DNA from: Candidatus Poribacteria bacterium
GTDB lineage: Bacteria > Poribacteria > WGA-4E > WGA-3G
Length of the DNA: 64,000 nucleotides
Direction of reading: 5' to 3'
Assembly: GCA_965205015.1 (NCBI GenBank)
Contig: OZ242029.1
Coordinates: 3,008,001 to 3,072,000, forward strand
The translations under genes were made by a program, and so were the position numbers. This document shows, in pieces, positions 37,040-46,234 of this stretch (positions within the stretch are counted from its first letter, which is position 1; each line of letters begins with the position of its first letter). Below the pieces are notes generated by a model. That model saw nothing but the letters and a program-made list of their open reading frames with translations, made no database searches and was not told the DNA's origin.

Positions 37040-37861
37040 GTGATCGGTATCTCTTATCATGCGGGTGGTATGAAAGACATCCCCCTACAAGAAGTTATCA
37101 CGATTCTCGCCGATGCAGGCTACGACGCAATCGAGATGATGTGCGGTCCAGAAGCGCATATCCCCTCCGGTGAAGTCACCGATGGTCTACTCAAAGAGGT
37201 CAAAACGAGAGTCGCCGATAGCGGATTAAAGGTCTCAGTCATTAATCCGTTCACGGGAAAAGGCTTATACCAGTTGGCAGCAGAAGACCAGCAGGGTGCA
37301 GTTGACCATTACGCGCTACTTCAAGACGTAGCAGTCGCCCTTGGGGCAGGGGGTGTTAACTTCCTTACAGGGTATGGTGGTGAGAACGGCGACGCCTTCG
37401 CATGGCGGCTCCTTGTTGATGTCCTGAAGCCGATCTGCCGACGTGCTGAAGAACTCGGTATTACCATGAACATCCACAATCACGAAGCGACGACAATAGA
37501 TGCCTCTTCAAAAGTCACGCTTCTGATTGAACATGTTGGCTCTGATGCCTTGAGATCCCTCAATGACATCACCAATTTCTATCATATCGGTGAAGACATC
37601 GCCGAAGTCACCGAAAAACTGGGACCGCTCACGACGCATTGCCATGTGAAAGGCGTGACAGGGATGTATCCCTATAGCACCTTCCTGATCCCCGGGGAAG
37701 ACGGAGATGAGTTGGATTTCCGAACCTTTGCCGAGAGTTTAGGGAACGTCGGTTACGATAAGTACATCTCGGTTGAAACGTTCCCGCACATGCGGATGGA
37801 GAAGGCACAAATCGCTCATGACATGATGGCAAGCACATTGAAAGAGTTGGGACTACGGTGA
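37040..37861 (+). CDS. Sugar phosphate isomerase/epimerase (TIM barrel)
   Basis: AGYDAIE, NIHNH, D..N, HCHVKG, PG, GYDKYISVE. Confidence 0.85.
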   Translation: MIGISYHAGGMKDIPLQEVITILADAGYDAIEMMCGPEAHIPSGEVTDGLLKEVKTRVADSGLKVSVINPFTGKGLYQLAAEDQQGAVDHYALLQDVAVALGAGGVNFLTGYGGENGDAFAWRLLVDVLKPICRRAEELGITMNIHNHEATTIDASSKVTLLIEHVGSDALRSLNDITNFYHIGEDIAEVTEKLGPLTTHCHVKGVTGMYPYSTFLIPGEDGDELDFRTFAESLGNVGYDKYISVETFPHMRMEKAQIAHDMMASTLKELGLR

Positions 37862-37870
37862 CATACCAGA

Positions 37871-37954
37871 AATGGAAGGACTTGGTTGGAAGGTTGGAAG
37901 GTTGGAAGATTGGAAGACTGGGCACCCATCCTTCCGTTCTTCCATTCTTCCATT
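37871..37954. repeat. Octamer-arm palindromic element (family B) between convergent genes
   Basis: TTGGAAGG TTGGAAGG TTGGAAGA TTGGAAGA ... CCTTCCGT TCTTCCAT TCTTCCAT. Confidence 0.8.
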
Positions 37955-37984
37955 CGAGAATCTTTTTTGTCGAGGGGACCAGCA

Positions 37985-38782
37985 CTACAAGGATTTATTG
38001 TCCAACGCCTTGATGCCGGGCCAATCTCGCCACATATCCTCGCTTGGCGGTTCTTCTTGCGTTTGTTCTAATTCCGTTTTCCGGAAGTCGTATAGGACTG
38101 CTTGTCGGATTTGTCGCGAATAGTTATGTCCTGCAGCGTGACCAATCCGATGGTGCCAGAAGACGACATCCCCTGCGTTCCCGTAGCATTCAACACCTGC
38201 TTCTCTGCTGAGACGCTCGCGGTCGATCTCGTATTGCGGGGTCGGCTCGTTCTTGTATTGGGAATGGTAATCGTAATAGAAGATTTTGTGGCTCCCTGGC
38301 CAGACTGTAAAGCCACCGCCCTCTGGCGGTACATCGTCAATATAGCCGACGGCACCGAGATGGAACGGATGTGCGTCAACATGACATCCGATTGATTTCT
38401 TCGGAACATCGCCGTAAGGGAGCGTGCAATAGATACCGCGCACACGGTCGGGCTGTACTAAATTCCCCTCACCCAAAAATTGTTCTGCCATCCGCCAGAC
38501 GTTTGGATCGGTCGCGAGAAGTTGAACCATCCAATCTTCGTCCCCCGGTTCCCGGAAATTCCACCGGAATCCACGTCGATGGTTATTTCCGTCGGGGTTT
38601 TCTTCTTCTGGTGTGAAGGGACCGACCCATGTTTCCGGATCCTCGCGTTTGCGCCCTTCGGGAGCGCCCTCCCAGAGCCTTGCCCGTGCCCGCTCCATCA
38701 ATTCCGGGTTCAGGACGTTCCGTTTCACCAAGTACCCTTCATTTCTGAAAAATTCAATGTCTTCCCGTGTAAGTTCAACCAT
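37985..38782 (-). CDS. Phytanoyl-CoA dioxygenase (PhyH)-like protein
   Basis: FFRNEGYLV, HVD, GGFTVWPGSH, AGDVVFWHHRIGH..G.N...R. Confidence 0.88.
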   Translation of the reverse strand: MVELTREDIEFFRNEGYLVKRNVLNPELMERARARLWEGAPEGRKREDPETWVGPFTPEEENPDGNNHRRGFRWNFREPGDEDWMVQLLATDPNVWRMAEQFLGEGNLVQPDRVRGIYCTLPYGDVPKKSIGCHVDAHPFHLGAVGYIDDVPPEGGGFTVWPGSHKIFYYDYHSQYKNEPTPQYEIDRERLSREAGVECYGNAGDVVFWHHRIGHAAGHNYSRQIRQAVLYDFRKTELEQTQEEPPSEDMWRDWPGIKALDNKSL

Positions 38783-38795
38783 TTTTTATGATTCC

Positions 38796-38894
38796 TTTTT
38801 TTTATTTACCTTGCGGTTAAACAGAGTGGGTTTGGACTTTGATGTGTCTTTCTTATATCCGCTCTCCACTACGTTACGAGCTATACGCTTTTGG
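38796..38894 (-). repeat. Element L copy, upstream of a separate AAGGA RBS
   Basis: TAGCTC-GTAACGTAGTGGA-GAGCGGATATAAGAAAGACACATCAAAG...TTTAACCGCAAGGTAAATAAAAAA. Confidence 0.85.
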
Positions 38895-39075
38895 ACTCTC
38901 CTGAAAAAGAAACAGACACATTGCGCTCGGAAGTCACGCGGTCACAATTATCGTGATGACATGCTTCCACCTAACCACATTTCAAGAATTTTAAAGGAAT
39001 TCAGCGATTTTTTCAAGGAAAAGTTATTGGCTGTCAATGGTCGGTGTGTCGTCTAAAGCAGCCCGACAAACGAAA

Positions 39076-40587
39076 CTACGGAGACCGAAAAGAACTGAGA
39101 CGTATCTCACAGTTAAGATTGCCTTGTAAGCGGAGTGGTATAAATAGTGCAGTTTGTGTGAAGGCGGAATCTCCTACGATAACAGTATCTACCGTGCTTT
39201 GCACCGACAGTCCTGGTGAAAGAGCGTCCCGAAGACCATTTTCCGTGAAAGTGCCACGCGAAACGGACAAGTGATATTCGGAACCATCTAATAACTTTTC
39301 TTGCAGTGTGCTGAGGCGGAGCGTGAGTTTATCTTCAAGGGTCGTTCGGACATTTGAGAAGATCCCCTCGCCTCTATTTTCGACAATTTTTAAGAGTAGA
39401 CTTTGCGTTGTGAAGGCATGGTCAAATTCAGTGATAGCAAAAGACAGTGCTGTGGGACCAGTCCTCGGTGTTCCGAGCAGATAGAGCTGCCCTGTCGCGC
39501 CTAAGAAAGGCATACGGAATCCGACATCTGCCGCGAGTTGTGTACCACTGCCGTAAAGTGTTAGATTTTCAAGGACGATACCCTTTGGGTTTTGTGCTTT
39601 TTCGATATAGGACCTGGCGAGGTCTTCAAGGGCAGCATAAGTTATCTGAACTGGCGCATTGATATGGTAGCCGGGCGTGAGTGCATCCACAAAACGGATG
39701 TCTGGCAAATCGCTACGCGGTTTTGCGGGGGAGGCTGGATCCGTTGATACATCTCCGCCGTTGACCTGAATAAAAGTTTTAATGCCGATGTTTAGAGAGA
39801 GCGTTCTCCTGTCGCCTGTTAGTTTTTGGGCGAGGATTTCTCTCGGTTCCAGAGTGAGCACGATGAGCGGTTCTGCCTTCAGTAATATCGGTTTGTGGAG
39901 TTTCGCCCATACATCGGCAGCGCGGGGTTTCAGGTCTATATCGATATTGGCAATGGTTTCTTGTAATTGCGGGAGGACTGTTTCCTTTGCCACTTGCGCG
40001 AAGGTTGCGCGCAGTGATAGCGTTTGCCCCTCAAAAAACCATCTGCGTTCTAATACTGCTTCAGCCTCCTGAACAAGGATGTTGACATCTGTTTCTAAAG
40101 TAAAACGCCATTCCGGAGAGAGCGTTGGGGTGAGCGTTAAGGATAGGAGGGCTTGTCCTGTAATAGGCCCTTTCACTGCGAATGAAAGGAAACCCGTATC
40201 AGCGCGTAGCTCGCCGCTGATCTGAAGTGGAATTTTTACTGACACCCTCCCGTCCCTTGTGCTCATGATTGTCGGTGCCCCGGGTTTCAGATAAATGGTA
40301 GCGCGCGCCCTGTCATCTTCCCATTGGATGGGTTCGCGAACATAATTTCCGATGATATCTGCTACGTACTCCCTAACTTTAGGCAGCGGTAGTTCCACTT
40401 TCGCGGTAAGGGTTGAGAGGATCGGCGCGGGTAAGGGGCCCGGTATAACTTCCCGCGGCGGCGCGAGCGATTCAACGTCTCTGTTCGACTTCCATGGGAT
40501 CAACAGAAATAGAGCCGTCAAGATCAACACAATCCCCAGAGAAATAAGGCTGATAATTATTTTTTTCGATCTCGTCATAACTTTCAT
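39076..40587 (-). CDS. DUF4403-like membrane-anchored protein
   Basis: N-terminal TM, APPR..P, ST...VELPL, W..L.KPI, LYL.GTP; family recalled from motif pattern. Confidence 0.6.
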   Translation of the reverse strand: MKVMTRSKKIIISLISLGIVLILTALFLLIPWKSNRDVESLAPPREVIPGPLPAPILSTLTAKVELPLPKVREYVADIIGNYVREPIQWEDDRARATIYLKPGAPTIMSTRDGRVSVKIPLQISGELRADTGFLSFAVKGPITGQALLSLTLTPTLSPEWRFTLETDVNILVQEAEAVLERRWFFEGQTLSLRATFAQVAKETVLPQLQETIANIDIDLKPRAADVWAKLHKPILLKAEPLIVLTLEPREILAQKLTGDRRTLSLNIGIKTFIQVNGGDVSTDPASPAKPRSDLPDIRFVDALTPGYHINAPVQITYAALEDLARSYIEKAQNPKGIVLENLTLYGSGTQLAADVGFRMPFLGATGQLYLLGTPRTGPTALSFAITEFDHAFTTQSLLLKIVENRGEGIFSNVRTTLEDKLTLRLSTLQEKLLDGSEYHLSVSRGTFTENGLRDALSPGLSVQSTVDTVIVGDSAFTQTALFIPLRLQGNLNCEIRLSSFRSP

Positions 40588-40622
40588 CTCGTGTGTTTTG
40601 GGCAGAAAAGTTACAGAAAAAT

Positions 40623-41831
40623 CTAATCGCTATCCGCAGCCAAGACCGCCTTCACACAGCGGAACCCGCTCGGGCGATTCGCCGTATATCTGTGGACACG
40701 GACACCGTATCCTAAGAGGTCCGGCAGGGGGTCCCGCCAATTGCCTCCCAGCAGCACCCCGTCATAATCAGCATCAGTACTTGGAAAATTACTGACAACG
40801 TTTGATATTTTGTCGTCAAAAGACAGATGATAATCAAACTGAGACTTTGAAACGATACTACCGGTGCTAAGTCCTCTATCCAAGCTCAATTCCGACACGT
40901 TGCCCCACATGTCATAGAGACCATACCCATTCGGGGCATAACTCCCTACAGGCGTGGTATCGCCAACTTCGTTTGCGAGATTGGATCTGGTAACATTAAA
41001 AAACTTATCCACCCAGCGGTATCTTTTACCGACTAACCCCTCGCGTGCTGCATGCAACCATTCTCCGGCTGTTGGTAAACGTTTCTGTGCCCATGTGGCG
41101 TATGCCATTGCTCCGTACCAACTCACATTACTGACTGGGTGATTCTCATATCCCTCCTTCACATGATAAACGCCATTCACATGCTCTATTCGGGGCTCAG
41201 GATATTCGAGCTTAAAAAACACGAGGTTATACAATGCACGCCCAACTCCATTAAGAAACTTAAGATAATCTGTTATGACCTCCTCAGAACCTTCGAGCTG
41301 AACCCAGACGCGCGCTGTATCTATATCTTTACCACTCTCGTTGAGGAACACCACGTATTCTGCGTTTGTCACTTCATATCTATCCATATAGAAAGCACCA
41401 ATGTAGATATCAGGGGAACGGGGATCGCCGCCCCATTTAAGTTTACCTTCGGGAATCAGCACCATGCCCTCAGGTCCCGAGGACCCGGAAGGTAGCTGTG
41501 CTGTATGTGCCTTGATTTCGGTAAAGGGATTCGTTTTGACTTTGGCAGCACCCACGAGAACTAACAAGAGCACAGGGGAGATGGCTATTAAAATCCCGAT
41601 CCACTTTCGTCCATAAACCTTCATTTCTCGGTACCCCTGAATCGCTGCCCCAATGACAAATCCCCAGAAAGCCCACACCACAACAACAGGTACGTCAAAG
41701 CCGAGATAAAAGAGTTTATCCAGTGCGATAAAAAACATAACCGCGCCACCTTGGAGTAGGGCTCCGATAATACAGACAATCAGGAAAAACCCGAGAAGAA
41801 TCGCAATACAACCAACATTCCCTTTTTTCAT
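40623..41831 (-). CDS. Membrane protein with C-terminal FGE-sulfatase domain
   Basis: 3 TM helices, GMVLIPEG, YEVTNAEY, HPVSNVSWYGA, RLPT.GEW, PNGYGLYDMWGNVSE, GFRC. Confidence 0.85.
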   Translation of the reverse strand: MKKGNVGCIAILLGFFLIVCIIGALLQGGAVMFFIALDKLFYLGFDVPVVVVWAFWGFVIGAAIQGYREMKVYGRKWIGILIAISPVLLLVLVGAAKVKTNPFTEIKAHTAQLPSGSSGPEGMVLIPEGKLKWGGDPRSPDIYIGAFYMDRYEVTNAEYVVFLNESGKDIDTARVWVQLEGSEEVITDYLKFLNGVGRALYNLVFFKLEYPEPRIEHVNGVYHVKEGYENHPVSNVSWYGAMAYATWAQKRLPTAGEWLHAAREGLVGKRYRWVDKFFNVTRSNLANEVGDTTPVGSYAPNGYGLYDMWGNVSELSLDRGLSTGSIVSKSQFDYHLSFDDKISNVVSNFPSTDADYDGVLLGGNWRDPLPDLLGYGVRVHRYTANRPSGFRCVKAVLAADSD

Positions 41832-41904
41832 AATTCGTAACCCCCTTCTCATAAATAAATGAAATTTATTTATCACACTTGTTTCGTAGGAATCCCTGAA
41901 ATTA

Positions 41905-43476
41905 TCAGCGTGTCTGTTTCTTCTTGGAGAAAAAGAACCCGTATTTCTTGAAGAAAAAGAACCGATAGGCAAATATGCCTATGCATAGCGAGGCGAACGC
42001 AGCTATAAACTGCCAAGGTCCGTACTTGTAGAAGTATTGGTGGTTCTGTAGCTGCACCCCGTGGAGGATGAGGCCCACTGCTGTCAAGCGAGTCGATAAC
42101 CACTCGAAACCTCCAAAGAGTAGGACTATCAGCCGCGGAACAAGGACAATCAGCGCAACAGCGATACCACTGATGAGTATCCGACCAATTGACTTCCAAA
42201 TCGGATAATCAACGTAGCAGGAAATTGGCACGTTTAAACGCCCACTGTTTGTCTGAACAATCAATTCTGTCTCGTGCAATTGTTTGACGGCAAGGTGGCT
42301 TGCGTCGAGTTCGAGGGTGACAACCGCCTCTCCCCGAATAGCGGACGATGAAAGTTGCAGCCCTGGCAGTTCACTCGCGAATTGGACATCGCCGTGGAGG
42401 AATCCGCGTCCGGCGTTCTTAATCTCAAGTTGGATTGTTTTTTGCGTTTCCGTATCAATCTGCCCGAAGTCGATCCGGGGGTGGCTCACTTCGAGTACCG
42501 GCTGCCCAATCTGCGGGTCAAGTGCTTGGACTAACATTTCCAAACCTACGTCTGGGTCATCGCTGTAACGGCTGGTGATTGTTTTCGCCGTGTTTGCCAA
42601 TTGGGGGTGTGTCGTATACTCCAACCAGAGTGCCATGAACCCGCTGTAGAGTAGCATTTTCGCCTGTTCCCAATTTACGTCAATCAGGCGTGCGAGTTGT
42701 TTGGGGGTCCGCGCTTCATTCTGTTTCTGAACCTCCATTTCTTGCCCGAACTGCTTAGGAGTTTCGGCTTCACGTCCTTTCTGAAATTCCATTTTCCCTT
42801 GAAGGATTTGGACCATCGCCTTGCGTCCCAATTCACGGTTGTTGGGAAATTCAGTGACGACTGCCTGCGCCGCGGTGGCAAAGTGCATTTCGCCGACTCT
42901 GCCGAGACTCTGCTCCAAGTAGCCCTGATAGAGAGCATTCGTAGCATCTTCTGGATTTTCCGTCATCAACGCCGCAAGTTGTGATATATCAGTGGCTTCG
43001 GCGCCATTAGAGAACTTAAAGATGAGGCGCCCTTCTCCCTTTAATGCCGCGTCGTCCTTCGCTCGCTGAAGGTTAACGATGTGTTCACGACGTTTTTCGG
43101 GGTCTTTTAAAGTATCTTGGGCGTCATTCAAAAGAATCCGCCATTGCTCTTCGGTACGACCATCGGGACGGACACGCCCACCGGCGCGCAATGAAGCCTT
43201 ATAGTGTTGTTCATGGGTTGCATCAATACGAGTGACTATATCTGTTTCGCTCTCATCTTGGAGATCTTCAATTGAAAGCCCTAATATCGCAAAATAGTTT
43301 ACCTCCTCGCCAATGGTGAGACCCGATGCCTCCAGGATTTCAGTTGCGTCATCAGCGGAGAGACCATATTCCCGCACTGCTTGTTGGAGGAGTCCCATGC
43401 GTTGTGTAGCACTTATAGTCGGCGAAGCTGCTTTGAATGCCCTGACAACTGCCACGAATTCATCATGTTTAGACAT
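41905..43476 (-). CDS. J-domain-like + two helical repeats + Ig/BACON-like domain + C-terminal TM helices
   Basis: NYFAILGL...RVRPDG...LLNDAQDTLKDPEKRREH; repeats F.F..G.EA....QLA.L; LEVSHPRIDFG...LEIKNAGRGFL.G. Confidence 0.7.
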   Translation of the reverse strand: MSKHDEFVAVVRAFKAASPTISATQRMGLLQQAVREYGLSADDATEILEASGLTIGEEVNYFAILGLSIEDLQDESETDIVTRIDATHEQHYKASLRAGGRVRPDGRTEEQWRILLNDAQDTLKDPEKRREHIVNLQRAKDDAALKGEGRLIFKFSNGAEATDISQLAALMTENPEDATNALYQGYLEQSLGRVGEMHFATAAQAVVTEFPNNRELGRKAMVQILQGKMEFQKGREAETPKQFGQEMEVQKQNEARTPKQLARLIDVNWEQAKMLLYSGFMALWLEYTTHPQLANTAKTITSRYSDDPDVGLEMLVQALDPQIGQPVLEVSHPRIDFGQIDTETQKTIQLEIKNAGRGFLHGDVQFASELPGLQLSSSAIRGEAVVTLELDASHLAVKQLHETELIVQTNSGRLNVPISCYVDYPIWKSIGRILISGIAVALIVLVPRLIVLLFGGFEWLSTRLTAVGLILHGVQLQNHQYFYKYGPWQFIAAFASLCIGIFAYRFFFFKKYGFFFSKKKQTR

Positions 43477-43559
43477 AGCGGAGTTCTCCTTCTTCTTCAT
43501 AAGTGTCAATTTTAGGAAAAAAGTCTATAGCGAAACCCAACGCCATACCGGCTCGTTGT

Positions 43560-45155
43560 TTACTCAACTTTCAAATCTTGGAGTTCCGATTGTGCTTCTG
43601 CAACTTCTTCTTCATCCAGGATTGGACGTTCAATTATAGAAAATACCTCGTAAACCGCCGCTGCTTCATCGTCTTTCTGGGAGGTTGCTGTCACTTCCAG
43701 CACTTGGTCTAAGTTGTATTTGTAGGTAACATGGATTGGGGATCCCTGTGGTAAATCCGGCGGTAGCGCGAGGGTACATTCACCTAATTGATACGTCTCA
43801 AATAGATAGACATCATCCTTGCGTTGATCTTGCTCAAGACTCTGGACGACTTCAATCAACACTGTCCGCTGGTTGTCGTCCACTGTGCCAAATTTAGTTG
43901 TAATCTCACAAGGCACGGCTGTCATTTTGGGAATCATGACATGGATAATGTGTTCGCGTTGCGGATTGAGAACGACGAGGCCGAGGTTATGTGTGGCTCC
44001 GTCTGTCACTGTCACTTTAGGATCCCCGTCTGGTCCGATGAACCGTTCAATAACCGCTTCTGTGAGGTCTGCTGTTGCTGAGGCGTCTTCGGAAATCTGA
44101 TGGAGAGTGCCTTGGATCGCTGCGCCGAGGGCAACTGCTTCGTCGGGATTGACTTCATGCAGATCGATCTCTTTTTCGCTAACATTGGCGATCATCTCCC
44201 TGACCATAGGCATCCGGGTGGCTCCCCCTACCAACACAACTGTATTGATGTCTGCCCACGTCAAACGCGCTTCTGAAAGGACGACATCACAGAGGACTCG
44301 GCATCTTTCAAGGAGCTCGGCGGTCAACGTCTCGAATTTTTTGCGTGTCAACTCGACGAGACTCATTTTACCATTGTATCCACAGACGATGCTGATTTGC
44401 TGTCGCTGGGACAAAGCGACTTTGGCGCTCACCGTCCGAAGTTGGAGGTCTTGATAGGCGTGAAGATCCTGTAACGGATTTTCGCCGTGTTCAATCTCAA
44501 ACATCTCTGCGACATGCGTAATAATTTTATCGTCCCAATTTTTACCGCCGAGTCTATGATCCCCGTTTGTAGCAAGCATCTGGACGGTGGTTTCGGAAAT
44601 CTTCATGACGGTCGCATCAAAAGTGCCGCCCCCCAGGTCAAAGACAAAGACGTTCTGGTCTGCTCCGAGTTGCTCTATACCGTAGGCGAGCGCAGCAGCA
44701 GTGGGTTCATTGAGGACCTGTAAAACGTTGAATCCAGCAATTTTACCGGCGTTGCGTGTGGCTTCGCGCTCGGCATCGTGGAAATACGCCGGCACCGTAA
44801 TAACCGCGTCGGTGATTTCGGTCTTCAGATACGCTTCGGCATCCTGTTTGAGTTTCCTCAAAATCAACGCCGAGAGTTCTTCGGCGGAATAGTCTTTGCC
44901 ATTAAACGTGCGGAAAAACGTGGATTTTGATTTCCCCATCTCACGTTTGACGAACTCAACAATCTGTTCGGGCACCGCTTTGGCGCTCTGCTTCGCAACT
45001 TTCCCGATGGTGACGAGGTCGTCCTCAAACAGAATTACGGATGGCGTGATTCTGTCGCCTTCGGCGTTCGGGATCATCTCTGGCTGTCCATGTTCATTGA
45101 CATGTGCAATCGCTGAGAAGGTCGTCCCTAAATCAATTCCAACAACTTTCCCCAT
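43560..45155 (-). CDS. Hsp70-family protein (non-canonical DnaK paralog, no alpha-helical lid)
   Basis: GIDLGTT, TVPAYF, NEPTAAALAYG, DLGGGTFD, VGGATRMP; 531 aa, ends shortly after the beta substrate-binding subdomain. Confidence 0.92.
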   Translation of the reverse strand: MGKVVGIDLGTTFSAIAHVNEHGQPEMIPNAEGDRITPSVILFEDDLVTIGKVAKQSAKAVPEQIVEFVKREMGKSKSTFFRTFNGKDYSAEELSALILRKLKQDAEAYLKTEITDAVITVPAYFHDAEREATRNAGKIAGFNVLQVLNEPTAAALAYGIEQLGADQNVFVFDLGGGTFDATVMKISETTVQMLATNGDHRLGGKNWDDKIITHVAEMFEIEHGENPLQDLHAYQDLQLRTVSAKVALSQRQQISIVCGYNGKMSLVELTRKKFETLTAELLERCRVLCDVVLSEARLTWADINTVVLVGGATRMPMVREMIANVSEKEIDLHEVNPDEAVALGAAIQGTLHQISEDASATADLTEAVIERFIGPDGDPKVTVTDGATHNLGLVVLNPQREHIIHVMIPKMTAVPCEITTKFGTVDDNQRTVLIEVVQSLEQDQRKDDVYLFETYQLGECTLALPPDLPQGSPIHVTYKYNLDQVLEVTATSQKDDEAAAVYEVFSIIERPILDEEEVAEAQSELQDLKVE

Positions 45156-45170
45156 CTGTTTCGTCTCCTT

Positions 45171-45412
45171 TAGGACTTACGCGGCGTCGAGAGAACGCGT
45201 CTACCTCTTGTAGGAGAGGTTGGGAACCTCGATGCTATATAGAGGGGTTTGAAACACAACAACCGATACATCGCGTAAGTCCTACTTATTCAGGACTTAT
45301 GCACAATTGGCTTCTATGCCAAAACTGAGGTGATATTCCCGAAGAAAGCGCAATCAATTGCGCTGCTACGAACCAAAGACGGCACAAAAACAGGGAAACT
45401 GCGTAAGTCCTA
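45171..45412. mobile_element. Two tandem MITE-like units with TAGGACTTACGC...GCGTAAGTCCTA inverted ends
   Basis: Unit 1 45171-45284 with perfect 12-bp inverted ends; unit 2 45292-45412 (left end AGGACTTATGC); each carries an internal REP-like hairpin and is followed by CTTATT. Confidence 0.6.
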
Positions 45413-45665
45413 CTTATTATTATAGTAAAACCCGTAATTACTTATACACCAACATAAGGGCGAGGATACAATCCTCGCCAGCGGTGGTGGGGTGTTTGTT
45501 CCCTGACGAACTGTAAACATATTTTTGGATTTTACTATAATGTGCGTTGGATAAGAGATTTCTCTATGCATATTATATCGCTTTTCGGTGATATCGAGGC
45601 TTTTTTCTCGCGGTATTTGAAAAACAGATTCAGGATCCCTCCGACCGGGGGCTACGAATGGCATC

Positions 45666-45788
45666 CTATTTCCGTATCAACATCTTGCGCGTTGCCGCGA
45701 AATCGCCTGCCTTGAGTGTGAACCTTCTTGACCCCGCGATCCTGCAATTTATCTGAGAGGCAGTATCAATATGATACCCTTCACGCAT
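45666..45788 (-). pseudogene. 40-codon remnant ending in the secretion-tail peptide TLKAGDFAATRKMLIRK
   Basis: Hand translation MREGYHIDTASQINCRIAGSRRFTLKAGDFAATRKMLIRK*; tail matches the ends of 15892..18027 and 18039..21932. Confidence 0.75.
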
Positions 45789-45799
45789 TTTTAACGTTG

Positions 45800-45814
45800 G
45801 CAAGTTTCATGCCA
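45800..45814 (-). promoter_or_regulatory. Sigma54 (-24/-12) promoter
   Basis: Minus strand TGGCATGAAACTTGC; 21-bp-period repeats upstream at 45858-45914. Confidence 0.6.
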
Positions 45815-46132
45815 AGCAAATTGGGGCAGTGACGGGTAAAAAAATGGCAATTTCCTCACAAGTTGTGTAGGAATCCACAGAAGTTATGTAAAAATCTGCA
45901 GAAGTTTTGCAAAGAAAAGGGCGTTGTGAGTATCACAACTTTGCATGCCTTCCGTTGAATCTACGTTAAAAAATAAAAAAAATACTTTTTTACAAAACCA
46001 ATCGACTACTTCTTCAGAATCGAGGGAAGTTTTCCCGGATCATTACACCCTTTTTTGAATGTGAACCAAGATCGGTCTTCGCGGTTTATAGTAAACCGTG
46101 GAAATAACTTTCAATGTGAGGCAACTTTAGAA

Positions 46133-46172
46133 AACACAAACACCTCTCCTTCATTGGCGGGGTGTTTGTGTT
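46133..46172. terminator. Terminator-like hairpin
   Basis: AACACAAACACC ... GGTGTTTGTGTT 12-bp inverted repeat. Confidence 0.5.
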
Positions 46173-46199
46173 ATCGTGCTTACAAAGAAATGGTCAAAT

Positions 46200-46228
46200 T
46201 TGACAACATGCGATATTTCAACTATAAT
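46200..46228 (+). promoter_or_regulatory. Consensus sigma70 promoter placed for a leaderless transcript
   Basis: TTGACA-17 bp-TATAAT-6 nt-ATG(46235); no SD. Confidence 0.8.
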
Positions 46229-46234
46229 TAACGC

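Noticed and set aside
37872-38123. Short ORFs with 'WKVGRLEDW' peptides (also 56333..56585)
   Set aside because: Translations of the family B repeat, not independent genes
43560-45155. Calling the Hsp70 gene dnaK
   Set aside because: Too short, no lid, divergent linker, no grpE or canonical dnaJ nearby
46000-46172. Possible c-di-GMP riboswitch or sRNA (TGTGAA...GCAAC, hairpin CGCGGTTTA/TAAACCGTG)
   Set aside because: Core conserved motifs of c-di-GMP-I/II are missing, and the downstream gene has its own leaderless promoter; an sRNA cannot be excluded but is unsupported
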